In this document: piece by piece, positions 38,410-48,345 of the stretch | How the letters are laid out: the number at the start of each line of letters is the position of its first letter | Position numbering within the stretch: position 1 is the first letter of the stretch | Origin: Candidatus Bathyarchaeota archaeon | GTDB lineage: Archaea; Thermoproteota; Bathyarchaeia; Bathyarchaeales; Bathycorpusculaceae | Assembly (NCBI GenBank): GCA_030672475.1 | Contig: DAOVGI010000013.1 | Coordinates: 1,709 to 65,708, forward strand | Length of the DNA: 64,000 nt | Direction of reading: 5' to 3' | Made by a program: the position numbers and the translations under genes | The notes under the pieces: generated by a model | Told to the model about the DNA's origin: nothing | Database searches by the model: none | Seen by the model: only the letters and a program-made list of their open reading frames with translations

Positions 38410-38872
38410 CCAAAACCGCCTTTTAACCTAAATGCAGTAGCACCAACGTTAATAAATTTAATGTCTAAAAGATATCATTCTCAGAAATTTCGGTATTCCG
38501 ATTACGCCTATAAGCTTGCTACAGTGAATCATGGTGCATTTTACCCTTTTCATCCTCATCCAGCCTCTATCCTAGGTCAGTTTTCTCTTCGATCTTTGAT
38601 TTGTTGACTCTTTCTCAGCACCCAAGGATTACTCCAGATGCAGACCCCCTTTTGCACTCTTCTCTTCAACCTCTCTCTGTCTCCTCATGAATTTCTCCAT
38701 TCTTGTCAAGTTCGCGCACGCTTATCTCAGTGTATTTCCCTATTCGCCGGACAAGATTACCAGAGATGAAGACAACATCGTTTTGGATTATTGATTTTGC
38801 TGATGTAACAGTAAGAGAAAAGTTTAGAACTCGCCGACAAAATAGCAAACTGAAAGAAAGGAAGAGAATAAT

Positions 38873-39772
38873 ATGGGTTATCATGAACTCTTTGTGTCCC
38901 AGTCAAATGTTTTTAGCGGTTTTCAAAAACCATTTGAAAGGGCAGACTACATAATCTTAGGCGTTCCCTTCGATGTTACAAGCGCTTATAGAACTGGAGC
39001 GAAATTTGGACCAAACGCCATTCGACAGGCATCTCTGAACATTGAAACCTACAGTTTCCGCGCAGGTATGGACATAGAAGACTTGAAACTGCACGATTTA
39101 GGCGATTTGCACATTTCCATCGACACAAAGAAAACATTGGAGAGGCTGGAGCTTGTCATCAGAGACATCTCGGAAGCGGGAAAAATACCAGTAATTATAG
39201 GCGGAGAACACACAATCACATTAGGCATCTTAAAAGGCCTAGGAAAAAAAGTCTTAAAAACAGCAATAATTAGTTTTGACGCACACCTTGACTTACGTAA
39301 CGAGTTTTTAGGACTGAAACTTTCCCATACAACCTTCATGAGGAGAATAAACGAAGAAATAAAACCGCCAAAGATAATCGAGTTTGGCACCAGAGCGGTC
39401 TGCAAAGAAGAGCTGAACTATGCAAAAAAGGCTGGGATAAAGTTTTTTACGGCACAGCAGATCAGAAACGAAGGAATTAAACAAATTGCAGAGCGGTTAA
39501 AGCAAGAACTTGCAAATTATGAGAACCTGTACTTATCTATTGACATGGATGTTCTCGACCCAGCATATGCTCCAGCAGTGCAAAACCCGGAGCCAGAGGG
39601 CCTTGAAACACATGATTTGCTAGACATTTTGCATAACACATGTGATAACCGCGTAACAGGCTTTGACGTTGTTGAAATTGCCCCAAACTTCGACCAAGGA
39701 GTTTCAGCAATTCAGGCTGCAAAGGTAATTCTGGAAACCTTGTGCCTTATAGAGAAATCGAGAAAGACGTAA
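38873..39772 (+). CDS. speB: Agmatinase (arginase/ureohydrolase family)
   Basis: 299-aa ORF with the Mn-binding motifs GGEHTITLG, SFDAHLDLR and SIDMDVLDPAYAPAV. Confidence 0.9.
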   Translation: MGYHELFVSQSNVFSGFQKPFERADYIILGVPFDVTSAYRTGAKFGPNAIRQASLNIETYSFRAGMDIEDLKLHDLGDLHISIDTKKTLERLELVIRDISEAGKIPVIIGGEHTITLGILKGLGKKVLKTAIISFDAHLDLRNEFLGLKLSHTTFMRRINEEIKPPKIIEFGTRAVCKEELNYAKKAGIKFFTAQQIRNEGIKQIAERLKQELANYENLYLSIDMDVLDPAYAPAVQNPEPEGLETHDLLDILHNTCDNRVTGFDVVEIAPNFDQGVSAIQAAKVILETLCLIEKSRKT

Positions 39773-39806
39773 ATCTAAACAAGAAATTTAGAATGTAGTA
39801 GAGCGT

Positions 39807-40460
39807 TTGTTCCGTTTTTTCCGCAACATAGGGGATATAAGAGACACGCGAGACATATGCCATAGAGGTTCAGAATTGTTTTTCCATTCAGACAACATCA
39901 GATTTGACGAAGTTGAGAGAGCATTACTTGAACAGCTTCTTCAATGCAGAGAGATGAGCTTATCGCAACTCCGTAGGAAACTCAGCGAACTGAAAGCCAA
40001 TGTTCATCGGAGAATAGAACGACTAGAGCAGGAAAGAATAATTGAATCTCAACAGATTGGTAGACAACGTGTTCTATCAATAAATCCAGCTGCTGTTGAT
40101 AAAGTTCGAGGATCACTCGGAATCGTTCCCTCTGCAAGAGTACTTGTACTCGTTTCCACGGAACATGCAACAAAAATTGTACAGTTCTTCAAGCCACATG
40201 AAATCTTCTTTCTAACTACAAGCCCTGAAATTGATCTGCAAATTGAAAACGTAAAACGAATACTTTTGCCTGAAAACCTTAAAGAATGCTATGAACGCAT
40301 CTACGCATTTATTCGCGAGGAAAAATCATTCAATAATGCGTATGTTGTGATTGCAATTACGGGAAACGGAATTGCGTCAATAGCTGCAGGAATGGTTGCT
40401 CGAGATACTTCAACCCCAATACTGGTTGTTGAACGCGGAGAAATAAAACAGATAGTATAG
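39807..40460 (+). CDS. wHTH transcriptional regulator with C-terminal small Rossmann-like (CARF-like by eye) domain
   Basis: 217-aa ORF with a TTG start. The wHTH region is MSLSQLRRKLSELKANVHRRIERLEQERIIESQQIGRQRV. The C-terminal domain reads ARVLVLVST...EIFFLTT...YVVIAITGNGIASIAAGMVARDTSTPILVVE. Confidence 0.5.
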   Translation: MFRFFRNIGDIRDTRDICHRGSELFFHSDNIRFDEVERALLEQLLQCREMSLSQLRRKLSELKANVHRRIERLEQERIIESQQIGRQRVLSINPAAVDKVRGSLGIVPSARVLVLVSTEHATKIVQFFKPHEIFFLTTSPEIDLQIENVKRILLPENLKECYERIYAFIREEKSFNNAYVVIAITGNGIASIAAGMVARDTSTPILVVERGEIKQIV

Positions 40461-40476
40461 TGAAGAAGGTGAAAAC

Positions 40477-41280
40477 ATGATGATTGAAGAGTATTATGAC
40501 AAAAGATCATCGAGTTACGATTCAACATTTGACATGTTATACTTCAAAGTTTTTGACGTTATTACTTGGAGGTATATTGAGCCATATGTTCCTGTTGACC
40601 CTGACGCTTTGGTTCTGGATGCTGGTGGGGGAACTGGTCGCTGGGCAATCAGGATGGCGCGAAAAGGCTCTAAAGTGATTTTAATGGATGCTTCAGAAAA
40701 GATGTTAGAAATTGCCACCGAAAAAGTGAAGGATGAAAGTCTTCAACATAAAATCACCACAGAAAAAGGCGACATCACAAACACAGGTTATGCAGATGAA
40801 ACCTTTGACATGATTCTTTGTGAGCACACTCTTTTCCTTTTCAAAGACCCTGACGTCGTTATAAGAGAATTGAAGCGAGTTCTCAAGAGTAAAACTCGAT
40901 TAATAATTTCTGCACATAATCGCTATGTTCAATCGTTAGCTTGTTTACCTGAAAATCCAAGCCCAGACAAAGTAAACAACGCATTGAACATTATACTTCG
41001 CAAAAAGTATAATACCATGACTAAACATGGTAAAGTCAAAATTTACACTTGGACCCCAAACGAGTTTCGAACAATGTTGGAAATAAACGGATTTCACGTC
41101 GAAAAGATTGTTGGTAAAGGGGTTACTATGCCTTTGCGAATCTCAAAGGAACTGTTTGTGAAAAAAGAGTATTCAGAAGATCTGTTTAACAAGATACTTC
41201 AATTTGAGCTTTCCTTGTGCGAGAAACCAGATGCATTAGCGTTAGCGGGACACATACAAGCAATAGCGTACAAACCATAG
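40477..41280 (+). CDS. Class I SAM-dependent methyltransferase
   Basis: 267-aa ORF with SAM motif I (VLDAGGGTGRWAIRMA) and post-I (VILMDASEKM). Confidence 0.8.
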   Translation: MMIEEYYDKRSSSYDSTFDMLYFKVFDVITWRYIEPYVPVDPDALVLDAGGGTGRWAIRMARKGSKVILMDASEKMLEIATEKVKDESLQHKITTEKGDITNTGYADETFDMILCEHTLFLFKDPDVVIRELKRVLKSKTRLIISAHNRYVQSLACLPENPSPDKVNNALNIILRKKYNTMTKHGKVKIYTWTPNEFRTMLEINGFHVEKIVGKGVTMPLRISKELFVKKEYSEDLFNKILQFELSLCEKPDALALAGHIQAIAYKP

Positions 41281-41343
41281 CTACGGTGAAAAAAGCTGAG
41301 AAACACTTTGGTGAGAAGACAATAGCTCTTAATTTGGAAGATA

Positions 41344-42690
41344 CTATTCCTTTAACAGTTTTGCGATAAAAAAACCGTTGCACTGGTGAGTGTGTGGGTA
41401 GAGCCTTTGACATTCTTCTAGTCCCCTTAGGCCCGACAAGCCTATTTTCGGCGTTATTTCAACAAGCGAAAACTCTGTATGCCACTTTAGAAATCTTTCA
41501 ATAATCATCTCGTTTTCTTCAACAGTTATGCTGCATGTCGAATAGATTAAGGCTCCTCCGGATTTCACGTTCTTGGCGCTGTTGCTTATCATCTTCCATT
41601 GAATCTCAGCCATCTTGTCAATAGAACGTCGAGTAAGTCTCCACTTTGCGGAAGGAAGCTTTCTGAAGGCTCCAGTGCTCGTGCACGGCGGGTCCAAAAC
41701 CACAACATCTGCTTCAACTTTTAGTGGCAAGGGGTTACGTGCATCAACAATTATTGGTGTGGCGATTTTTACACCCGTGCGAGCCACCTCGTTCGCCCAG
41801 ATATCCATCCTACGTCTTAGATAATCTATGGAGTAGATTTCGCCTCTGTTCTGCATGAGCTGAACGAGATATGTAGTTTTTGCTCCTGGTGCAGCGCAAA
41901 TATCTAGAACTGTTGTTCCAGGCTTTGGGTTTGCTGCTTCAGCTGCGAAACAGCTTGCCTTGTCTTGAAGGCAGAATAGACCTTCTCGGAAGAATCTTGT
42001 CTTGGTTAAGGGTTGCCTGGCACCGACAACGATGTACGTGTGCTTTAGCTCTTCCACCCTTTTGACTCTTATTCCTTTTTCAGCAAGTCTTCTTAGGGTT
42101 TCATTCTCGTTCGCCTTAAGCGTGTTCAACCTTATGTAGGTTGGCGGTGGTTGGACGTTTGCTTCTAACATGTTTATGGCCTCTTTTCTACCAAAGAGGT
42201 TGAAACAGTATCTCACAAACCATGTTGGATGGAAAGTCAGAAGTCCAATTCTCTGTTCATCACTTACATCATTAAGAACTGAAGATGGCTTCTGCGTCAG
42301 TAGCAAGCCAAATGAGGGCTCAACTTTGTGAAGAGTTTTCCATCCGAGGATTGTACGGGCTAATTTGACTATGTTCTCAGCTTCTTTAGTGTTAATTGAG
42401 TGCCAATTTTTGGCCATTCTTGTCTGGTAAACGTAAAGTCGTAAGAACGCTTGAACACCGAGGTTAAAATCGTCCATCACATATGGCTCTAAGACATTGT
42501 TGACGAATTTATCAATAAAATTGCGTCGTCTATCGGTTTCACAGACAAGTCTGTGGGCAAGCCTAACAGCGTTGGAGTTACTTATTCTCAATTGTTTGAT
42601 TGTTCTTGCCAAGGCTAGACGCTCACTTAGTTTCTGCATCTCCATCCAGCTTAGGGTCTCAATTGCAAGCGTCCAAGCATCGTTAAGCAA
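41344..42690 (-). CDS. RsmB/NOP2/Sun-family RNA cytosine-C5 methyltransferase
   Basis: 448-aa ORF with a NusB-like N-terminus. It has VLDICAAPGAKTTYL, the catalytic motifs DPPCTSTGAF and YSTCS. Confidence 0.85.
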   Translation of the reverse strand: MLNDAWTLAIETLSWMEMQKLSERLALARTIKQLRISNSNAVRLAHRLVCETDRRRNFIDKFVNNVLEPYVMDDFNLGVQAFLRLYVYQTRMAKNWHSINTKEAENIVKLARTILGWKTLHKVEPSFGLLLTQKPSSVLNDVSDEQRIGLLTFHPTWFVRYCFNLFGRKEAINMLEANVQPPPTYIRLNTLKANENETLRRLAEKGIRVKRVEELKHTYIVVGARQPLTKTRFFREGLFCLQDKASCFAAEAANPKPGTTVLDICAAPGAKTTYLVQLMQNRGEIYSIDYLRRRMDIWANEVARTGVKIATPIIVDARNPLPLKVEADVVVLDPPCTSTGAFRKLPSAKWRLTRRSIDKMAEIQWKMISNSAKNVKSGGALIYSTCSITVEENEMIIERFLKWHTEFSLVEITPKIGLSGLRGLEECQRLYPHTHQCNGFFIAKLLKE

Positions 42691-42989
42691 TTTGCTTTCA
42701 CTCGTTTAATCTATAACTGATTCAGTACAGTAAATGAGTCAGATAAGAATTAAGTGTGTTTTCCATGTTTTGTCGTGTATACCCAAAACTTGTTTTCTGA
42801 AATAAGAAATAAATAGGATGATGTCCTCCTAACAGACTGTGGTTTAAATGGGGTATGTAGAAACACAAGTCTAAACGATTTCTAAAACGAAGAAAACCGA
42901 TTAAAAACCCCAAGAATACAATTCTGTTAAAAGATAAGAATAAGAAAAGAGAACAATCTAACACTGATCACAGAGTCCTTGGCAGACAA

Positions 42990-44174
42990 TTGGACCTATT
43001 CTCCATAAGCGAGGAAGTAGGCATTGGTTTGGTTCTTTGGCATCCCAAAGGTACGATAGTTCGTAAAATAATCAGAGACTTCTGGGAAGAAGAGCATTTA
43101 AAAAATGGATATCAACTCGTCTGCACACCACACATAGCTCGCGAAGAACTCTGGAGAATCTCAGGACACATTGACTATTACAGACAAAACATGTATATTT
43201 TTGAAAAAAACGAAGAAACTTACGTAGTGAAACCAATGAACTGTCCTTTTCACATCCAGATATACAAGTCTAAACCGAGAAGCTACAAAGACCTTCCAAT
43301 CAGATATGCGGAATGGGGAACAGTCTACAGATATGAAAGGTCAGGTACATTACATGGTCTAATGCGAGTGAGAGGTTTCACTCAGGATGATGCTCACATC
43401 TTCTGCACTATGGAACAAACAGAAGAAGAAATACGTGAGATTCTAGGCCTAACTGAGCACATTCTAAAGAAACTTGGCTTCCACAAATATCGTGTACGCC
43501 TGTCAACTAGAAACCCGAAACAACCCAAGAAATACATGGGTTCAACACAAGAGTGGGAACTGGCTCAAAAAGCTCTAGCCAAAGCTCTAGAAAGGAAAGG
43601 AGTTCCATATCAGGAAGTGCCAGGAGACGCCGTATTCTACGGGCCAAAGATCGACATTTACATAGTTGATGCTTCAGGCAGAGAATGGCAATGCTCCACC
43701 ATTCAGTTTGACTTCAACCTGCCCAAACGGTTCAACATAACCTATGATGGACCAGAGGGAAAACCACGTGCAGTTGTAATGATTCACAGAGCACTTATTG
43801 GTACCATTGAACGGTTCTTCGCTATATTAATAGAACATTATAAGGGAAATCTTCCTGTTTGGCTTGCCCCCACACAAGTGAAGGTATTACCCATCAGCAA
43901 CAATTATGTACAGTACGCCATAGAGGTTCAGCAAGAACTATCAGCCCATGGAATAAGAACGGAAGTCGATGACGGTGACGCCACAATCAGTTACAAGATT
44001 AGAGAAGCTGAAGTTCAGAAGATTCCATACATGACTATATGTGGTAAACGCGAATTGAAAATGAAGAAAATAGCGGTTAGAAAACATGGGGTAGGAGACG
44101 TAGGCTTATTAACAATTCAGGAACTCATCAAAACCATCAAAACAGATGTAACCAATAAAGCTTGTGCGCAATGA
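42990..44174 (+). CDS. thrS: Threonyl-tRNA synthetase, catalytic core plus anticodon-binding domain only (no editing domain)
   Basis: 394-aa ORF from a TTG. Zn ligand contexts MNCPFH, DDAHIF and VMIHRAL are present. Class II motifs FRYERSG..GLMRVRGFTQDD and GTIERFFAILIEHY are present. The conserved DHRVLGRQ motif lies in frame just upstream of the TTG. Confidence 0.9.
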   Translation: MDLFSISEEVGIGLVLWHPKGTIVRKIIRDFWEEEHLKNGYQLVCTPHIAREELWRISGHIDYYRQNMYIFEKNEETYVVKPMNCPFHIQIYKSKPRSYKDLPIRYAEWGTVYRYERSGTLHGLMRVRGFTQDDAHIFCTMEQTEEEIREILGLTEHILKKLGFHKYRVRLSTRNPKQPKKYMGSTQEWELAQKALAKALERKGVPYQEVPGDAVFYGPKIDIYIVDASGREWQCSTIQFDFNLPKRFNITYDGPEGKPRAVVMIHRALIGTIERFFAILIEHYKGNLPVWLAPTQVKVLPISNNYVQYAIEVQQELSAHGIRTEVDDGDATISYKIREAEVQKIPYMTICGKRELKMKKIAVRKHGVGDVGLLTIQELIKTIKTDVTNKACAQ

Positions 44175-44246
44175 GAAAAGTCAACTTCATGTTAGCAAAG
44201 ATTTTACTCTGTCCTGCTCATAAGGTAAGCTAGGTTAAGGACTAAA

Positions 44247-46928
44247 ATGGTGCAAAAGCATCTAACTGAATTCTCTCATCCGAAGATCAAGCCTTCAAAA
44301 GAAAACGAAGTGAAAGCCCTACCTCTCAAGCAAACCGTAGTCAAACAGAAGAAACAAGAAGCTTTTCCACCTGTTGCTCCCGAAAACTTGCCGCCTTCAT
44401 ACTTCGTTTCAGCTACGTACGACGGAAAGACTAGAAAAGCCCTGATCAAACTGTATGAACCAACATCAGGTCAAATCTATTTCTGGTATGACAACACTGA
44501 ACACAAACCATACTGTCTAACCAACCTTTCACCATACGAACTCGAGAAAATCAACTGTCTAATTCAGCATCCGGGTTTCGACCATTTCGAGATAGTTGAA
44601 AAAATCGATCCATTACTTGACAGAAAAGTGAAAGTCACAAAAGTCATAGCAAAAGATCCATTAGCCATTGGCGGCCGTCCAAGAGGATGCATAAGGGACA
44701 TAATCCCTGAAGAATTCCCAAAAGTATCAGAGTCACCCATATCTTCAGAACAAATCAAGGTTTGGGAATCCAAGATAAAGTATTATCAATCTTATATTTA
44801 TGACAGAAATCTTTGGCCTGGAATGATATACGAAGTAAAAGATGGCAATCTTGTTCCAAAGTCTTTGGAAGACGCTGAAGAAATGACGAAGCGCATACTT
44901 GGAAATTTTAAGGATGCCACATCTGAAGAAAAACAGCACATCGAGCAGTGGGCTAGGCTTCTGGAGTATCCAGCCCCCAAGCTCCGTCGTGTAGCATTGG
45001 ACATAGAGGTTTGCTCACCTATTCCAACAAGAATGCCTGACCCCCGCGAGTCAGCTTACCCTGTCGTCTGCGTATCGCTCTACAGCTCCGATGGAGAAAA
45101 GAGAGTTTTAATATTGAAGAGACAGAATACCCGGGAAGGAACTGAACGGCTTCCAGCCGATGTAAACCTTGAATACTTTGATTCTGAAGAGAAGCTAATA
45201 AGAGCGGTTTTTGATGTGCTATGGAATTGTCCCTTTATCATCACGTTTAACGGTGATGATTTTGACCTGCGCTATATGGCTCAAAGGGCGCAAAACCTCG
45301 GTTTTGGAAGAAAAGACATCCCGATAGAGGTTGGTAGACGCGTTTGCTCACTAAAATATGGTTTACACATTGACCTGTACAGATTTTTTTTCAACCGTTC
45401 TATCCAAATCTACGCATTCAACAATCAGTACAAAGATAAAAAACTTGACGATATTGGCAAAGCTTTGATTGAAATGGAGAAAATTAAGGTGGAAAAGAGC
45501 ATCGGCGAATTAACTTACACAGAGCTTGCCAAATACTGTCTTAGAGATGCTGAAATCACTTTTAAACTCACAAGCTTTGAAGATGACTTAGTTTTGAAAC
45601 TTATTCTGGTGTTGTCTAGAATAAGCAGTATGCCGATGGAAGACGTGAGTCGCCAAGGTGTATCACGATGGATAAGGAATTTTATGCACCGCGAACACCG
45701 CAGAAAAAATATGCTCATCCCAAACGCAGCAGATATCTTGGCCGTAAAAGGCAAGACTGCAACAAAAGCCATCATAAAAGGTAAGAAATACAAGGGCGCG
45801 ATCGTTGTTGAACCTGTTCCAGGTATACACTTCAATGTCGCAGTTATGGACTTCCCAAGTCTATATCCATCGATAATAAAAGTGTGGAACCTCGGTTACC
45901 AATCAATCCAGTGTCCACACGCAGAATGCCGTAGTAACCGTGTCCCAGACACACCTCATTGGATTTGCTCAAAAAAACGAGCACTTGAAAGCCTACTGAT
46001 TGGATCTCTTAGAGACTTGCGAGTGCAATGGTACAAACCAAAATCAAAAGACAAAAACCTACAAACAAAATTGAGAAACTGGTACAGTATTATCCAAGGA
46101 GCAGTTAAAGTCATTCTAAACGCAAGCTACGGAGTCTTTGGAGCTGAATCATTTGATCTATACTGTCCACCAGTCGCAGAAGCAACAGCAGCCATCGGAA
46201 GACACTCAATAACCCAGATAATTAACAAGACAAAAGATCTCGGCATTCAAGTACTATACGGGGATACTGACAGCGTTTTTCTAAAGAACCCTTCAAAAAA
46301 GCAAATACAAAAATTGGCGCAGTGGACTGAGCTAAAACTGAAAATGAGCTTGGATGTGGATAAGGTTTACAGGTATGCAGTTTTCAGCTCGCGGAAAAAG
46401 AACTACTTAGGAGTTTTAGAAGATGGAAGTGTTGATGTCAAAGGATTAACAGGCAAAAAACGACACATTCCATTATTGATCAAGAAAGGTTTTAATGCGA
46501 TGAAGGAACGGTTGGCACAAATTGAAACACCAGCAGACTTTGAGAAAGCCAAAAAGGACATATGCGAAATAGTCCGCAACCGTTACCTACAGCTAAAGAG
46601 GCGTGACTGGGAGAACCTTAGCGAATTAGCGTTTAATGTAGTTTTAGGTGAGGCACCGGAACATTATAAAAAAATAACACCACAACACGTCAAAGCTGCA
46701 AGAATGCTCCAAGAAAGAGGAATGGAAATAAAAGCCGGTGATCTCATAAGGTTTGTCAAGGTTGTTAAGGATCCACATGTCAAACCAGTCGAACTGGCAA
46801 CAAAAAGTGAGATTGACGTTGAAAAATATATAGCTCACCTGCGTTCAACATTTGACCAAGTATTAGACGCATTAGGCTTGGACTTCGACGAGATAATAGG
46901 ACTAACGAAACTCGAAAGATTCATGTAA
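44247..46928 (+). CDS. polB: Family B DNA polymerase
   Basis: 893-aa ORF with Exo I DIEV, Exo II FNGDDFD and Exo III YCLRDA. The polymerase motifs are DFPSLYPSII, KVILNASYG and YGDTDS. Confidence 0.95.
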   Translation: MVQKHLTEFSHPKIKPSKENEVKALPLKQTVVKQKKQEAFPPVAPENLPPSYFVSATYDGKTRKALIKLYEPTSGQIYFWYDNTEHKPYCLTNLSPYELEKINCLIQHPGFDHFEIVEKIDPLLDRKVKVTKVIAKDPLAIGGRPRGCIRDIIPEEFPKVSESPISSEQIKVWESKIKYYQSYIYDRNLWPGMIYEVKDGNLVPKSLEDAEEMTKRILGNFKDATSEEKQHIEQWARLLEYPAPKLRRVALDIEVCSPIPTRMPDPRESAYPVVCVSLYSSDGEKRVLILKRQNTREGTERLPADVNLEYFDSEEKLIRAVFDVLWNCPFIITFNGDDFDLRYMAQRAQNLGFGRKDIPIEVGRRVCSLKYGLHIDLYRFFFNRSIQIYAFNNQYKDKKLDDIGKALIEMEKIKVEKSIGELTYTELAKYCLRDAEITFKLTSFEDDLVLKLILVLSRISSMPMEDVSRQGVSRWIRNFMHREHRRKNMLIPNAADILAVKGKTATKAIIKGKKYKGAIVVEPVPGIHFNVAVMDFPSLYPSIIKVWNLGYQSIQCPHAECRSNRVPDTPHWICSKKRALESLLIGSLRDLRVQWYKPKSKDKNLQTKLRNWYSIIQGAVKVILNASYGVFGAESFDLYCPPVAEATAAIGRHSITQIINKTKDLGIQVLYGDTDSVFLKNPSKKQIQKLAQWTELKLKMSLDVDKVYRYAVFSSRKKNYLGVLEDGSVDVKGLTGKKRHIPLLIKKGFNAMKERLAQIETPADFEKAKKDICEIVRNRYLQLKRRDWENLSELAFNVVLGEAPEHYKKITPQHVKAARMLQERGMEIKAGDLIRFVKVVKDPHVKPVELATKSEIDVEKYIAHLRSTFDQVLDALGLDFDEIIGLTKLERFM

Positions 46929-47528
46929 CTATTTGTTTTCTGCAACAACTTTCAGTCCTTTTGATTTTAACGGTTCGATAATGCTTGGTCTGCTAAGTAC
47001 TGAGAGCAACAAGTATCCAATTACTGCGACAGCGATCAAACTGCTAATTGTAATGCTGCCAATCATGGCAACCCACACAGGCAATATGTTAAGAACCTCT
47101 GGCGGTGGAAAGAACAGCCAAAGATATCCCCCTACAATGAAGCCAATGGGCAAAGCTCCAACAACACACGCGGTGAAACGGTATTTTCTGAACATGAAAA
47201 CGATGCTCGCTGCAACCAAATTAGCAATCGGTCCAAATACCACGTCCTGAAAACCAATAAAATAGTAGGCATTAGTTAAAAAGCAACCAACGGTTACTCC
47301 TACGATGACAGGCCAACCTAACAAAGTTGCTAGAGCAATTAAGCAGTCAGCAACTCGGAGCTGAACAGGACCATAGACCGTGGGATTGCCGATAGAAATC
47401 ATCTGAAGAACGTTGATGACTGCGTACAAGGCTGTGAAAACAGCCATCAAAGTCAAGTCTCTGCTGTCAAATCTCACTTTTTCACCTCCAACTCCGGGGT
47501 TTTTATGGCGGAACGGGTGGAGGTCCAC
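46929..47528 (-). CDS. QueT-like ECF S-component / small polytopic membrane protein
   Basis: Reads RDLTLMAVFTALYAVINV...LRVADCLIALATLLGWPVIVGVTVGCFLTN. The more likely start is the GTG at 47477, directly preceded by GGAGGTGA. The family call is from memory. Confidence 0.55.
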   Translation of the reverse strand: MDLHPFRHKNPGVGGEKVRFDSRDLTLMAVFTALYAVINVLQMISIGNPTVYGPVQLRVADCLIALATLLGWPVIVGVTVGCFLTNAYYFIGFQDVVFGPIANLVAASIVFMFRKYRFTACVVGALPIGFIVGGYLWLFFPPPEVLNILPVWVAMIGSITISSLIAVAVIGYLLLSVLSRPSIIEPLKSKGLKVVAENK

Positions 47529-47607
47529 TCACCCGCAGACAAAACCTATCAAACAGATTTCATGTTATAAATGTTGCTCTCGAAGCTCAATCTCCAGTAC
47601 TTGATAA

Positions 47608-48201
47608 CTATTCAGTTCTTTCTTCATTGTGCTCTTCCGTTCTTGTTTCAAGCACTCTCGGTTCTATATTGACATCCTTATTGGTTGTTTGAGAACCTTC
47701 TGTCGCTGCCTCCCCGTTTTCGATACTTGGCGACTCTCTCACAGCGTTTTCAACGCGTTCTTCCACCATTGCTCCCCCAATTCTTGATTCCACATTAACG
47801 TCTTCTGCACCTATTTTTTCCCTTTGAGAGAACGGCAAATTATGAGGGGGTGGAGGTCCCTTTAGAATGTTTGACACTAGGTACATAGCCGCGTATGCAT
47901 TTTGATATACCTTCTGAAAGACATATGGCACTTTTATTTCAGGGTCAACCTCCAACATCTTGTTTATCTCTTCATCTTTACCTGTTAGAGTTATTGTGCC
48001 TTCAACCTCGAATTTTACGATACTCGGTTTAGTTGTTACAAATAAGGTGAAATTCACAACAACCATCTGGCTTCTACGTTCTTTCTCCTCTAACTTTGCT
48101 TTCACGTCGAAATTGATAGCTCCAGTGCTGCCTTTAGCACCTAATCTAGTACCTGCTACATTGATGATGTCTACCGCAACCGAAACGTTTGGAATATTCA
48201 A
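47608..48201 (-). CDS. Hypothetical protein: beta-rich N-terminal domain plus acidic low-complexity tail
   Basis: 197-aa ORF with a TTG start. No family is securely recognised, and there is only a weak SecB-like pattern. Confidence 0.45.
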   Translation of the reverse strand: MNIPNVSVAVDIINVAGTRLGAKGSTGAINFDVKAKLEEKERRSQMVVVNFTLFVTTKPSIVKFEVEGTITLTGKDEEINKMLEVDPEIKVPYVFQKVYQNAYAAMYLVSNILKGPPPPHNLPFSQREKIGAEDVNVESRIGGAMVEERVENAVRESPSIENGEAATEGSQTTNKDVNIEPRVLETRTEEHNEERTE

Positions 48202-48345
48202 CGTTGGGCAAATAATTGATTCCCCACATTAACTAATGCGTATGGAAACTAGTTCCCCTACAACCTCCTAGTTACCTTGCCTCTAAACTGATTTTTGCCT
48301 TTTGTGTGTAACGTGATAATACGCACACCATCCCGCAAGAAATGG

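Noticed and set aside
38666-38884. 72-aa minus-strand ORF upstream of speB with a protein-like C-terminal half
   Set aside because: Its only start codon overlaps the first 12 nt of the divergent speB gene. No internal ATG, GTG or TTG could give a shorter product. No family was recognised.
42813-42880. ATGATG followed by CTGT and TCTA upstream of thrS as a possible C/D-box sRNA
   Set aside because: The boxes deviate from RUGAUGA/CUGA, and the spacing does not fit a guide-RNA layout.
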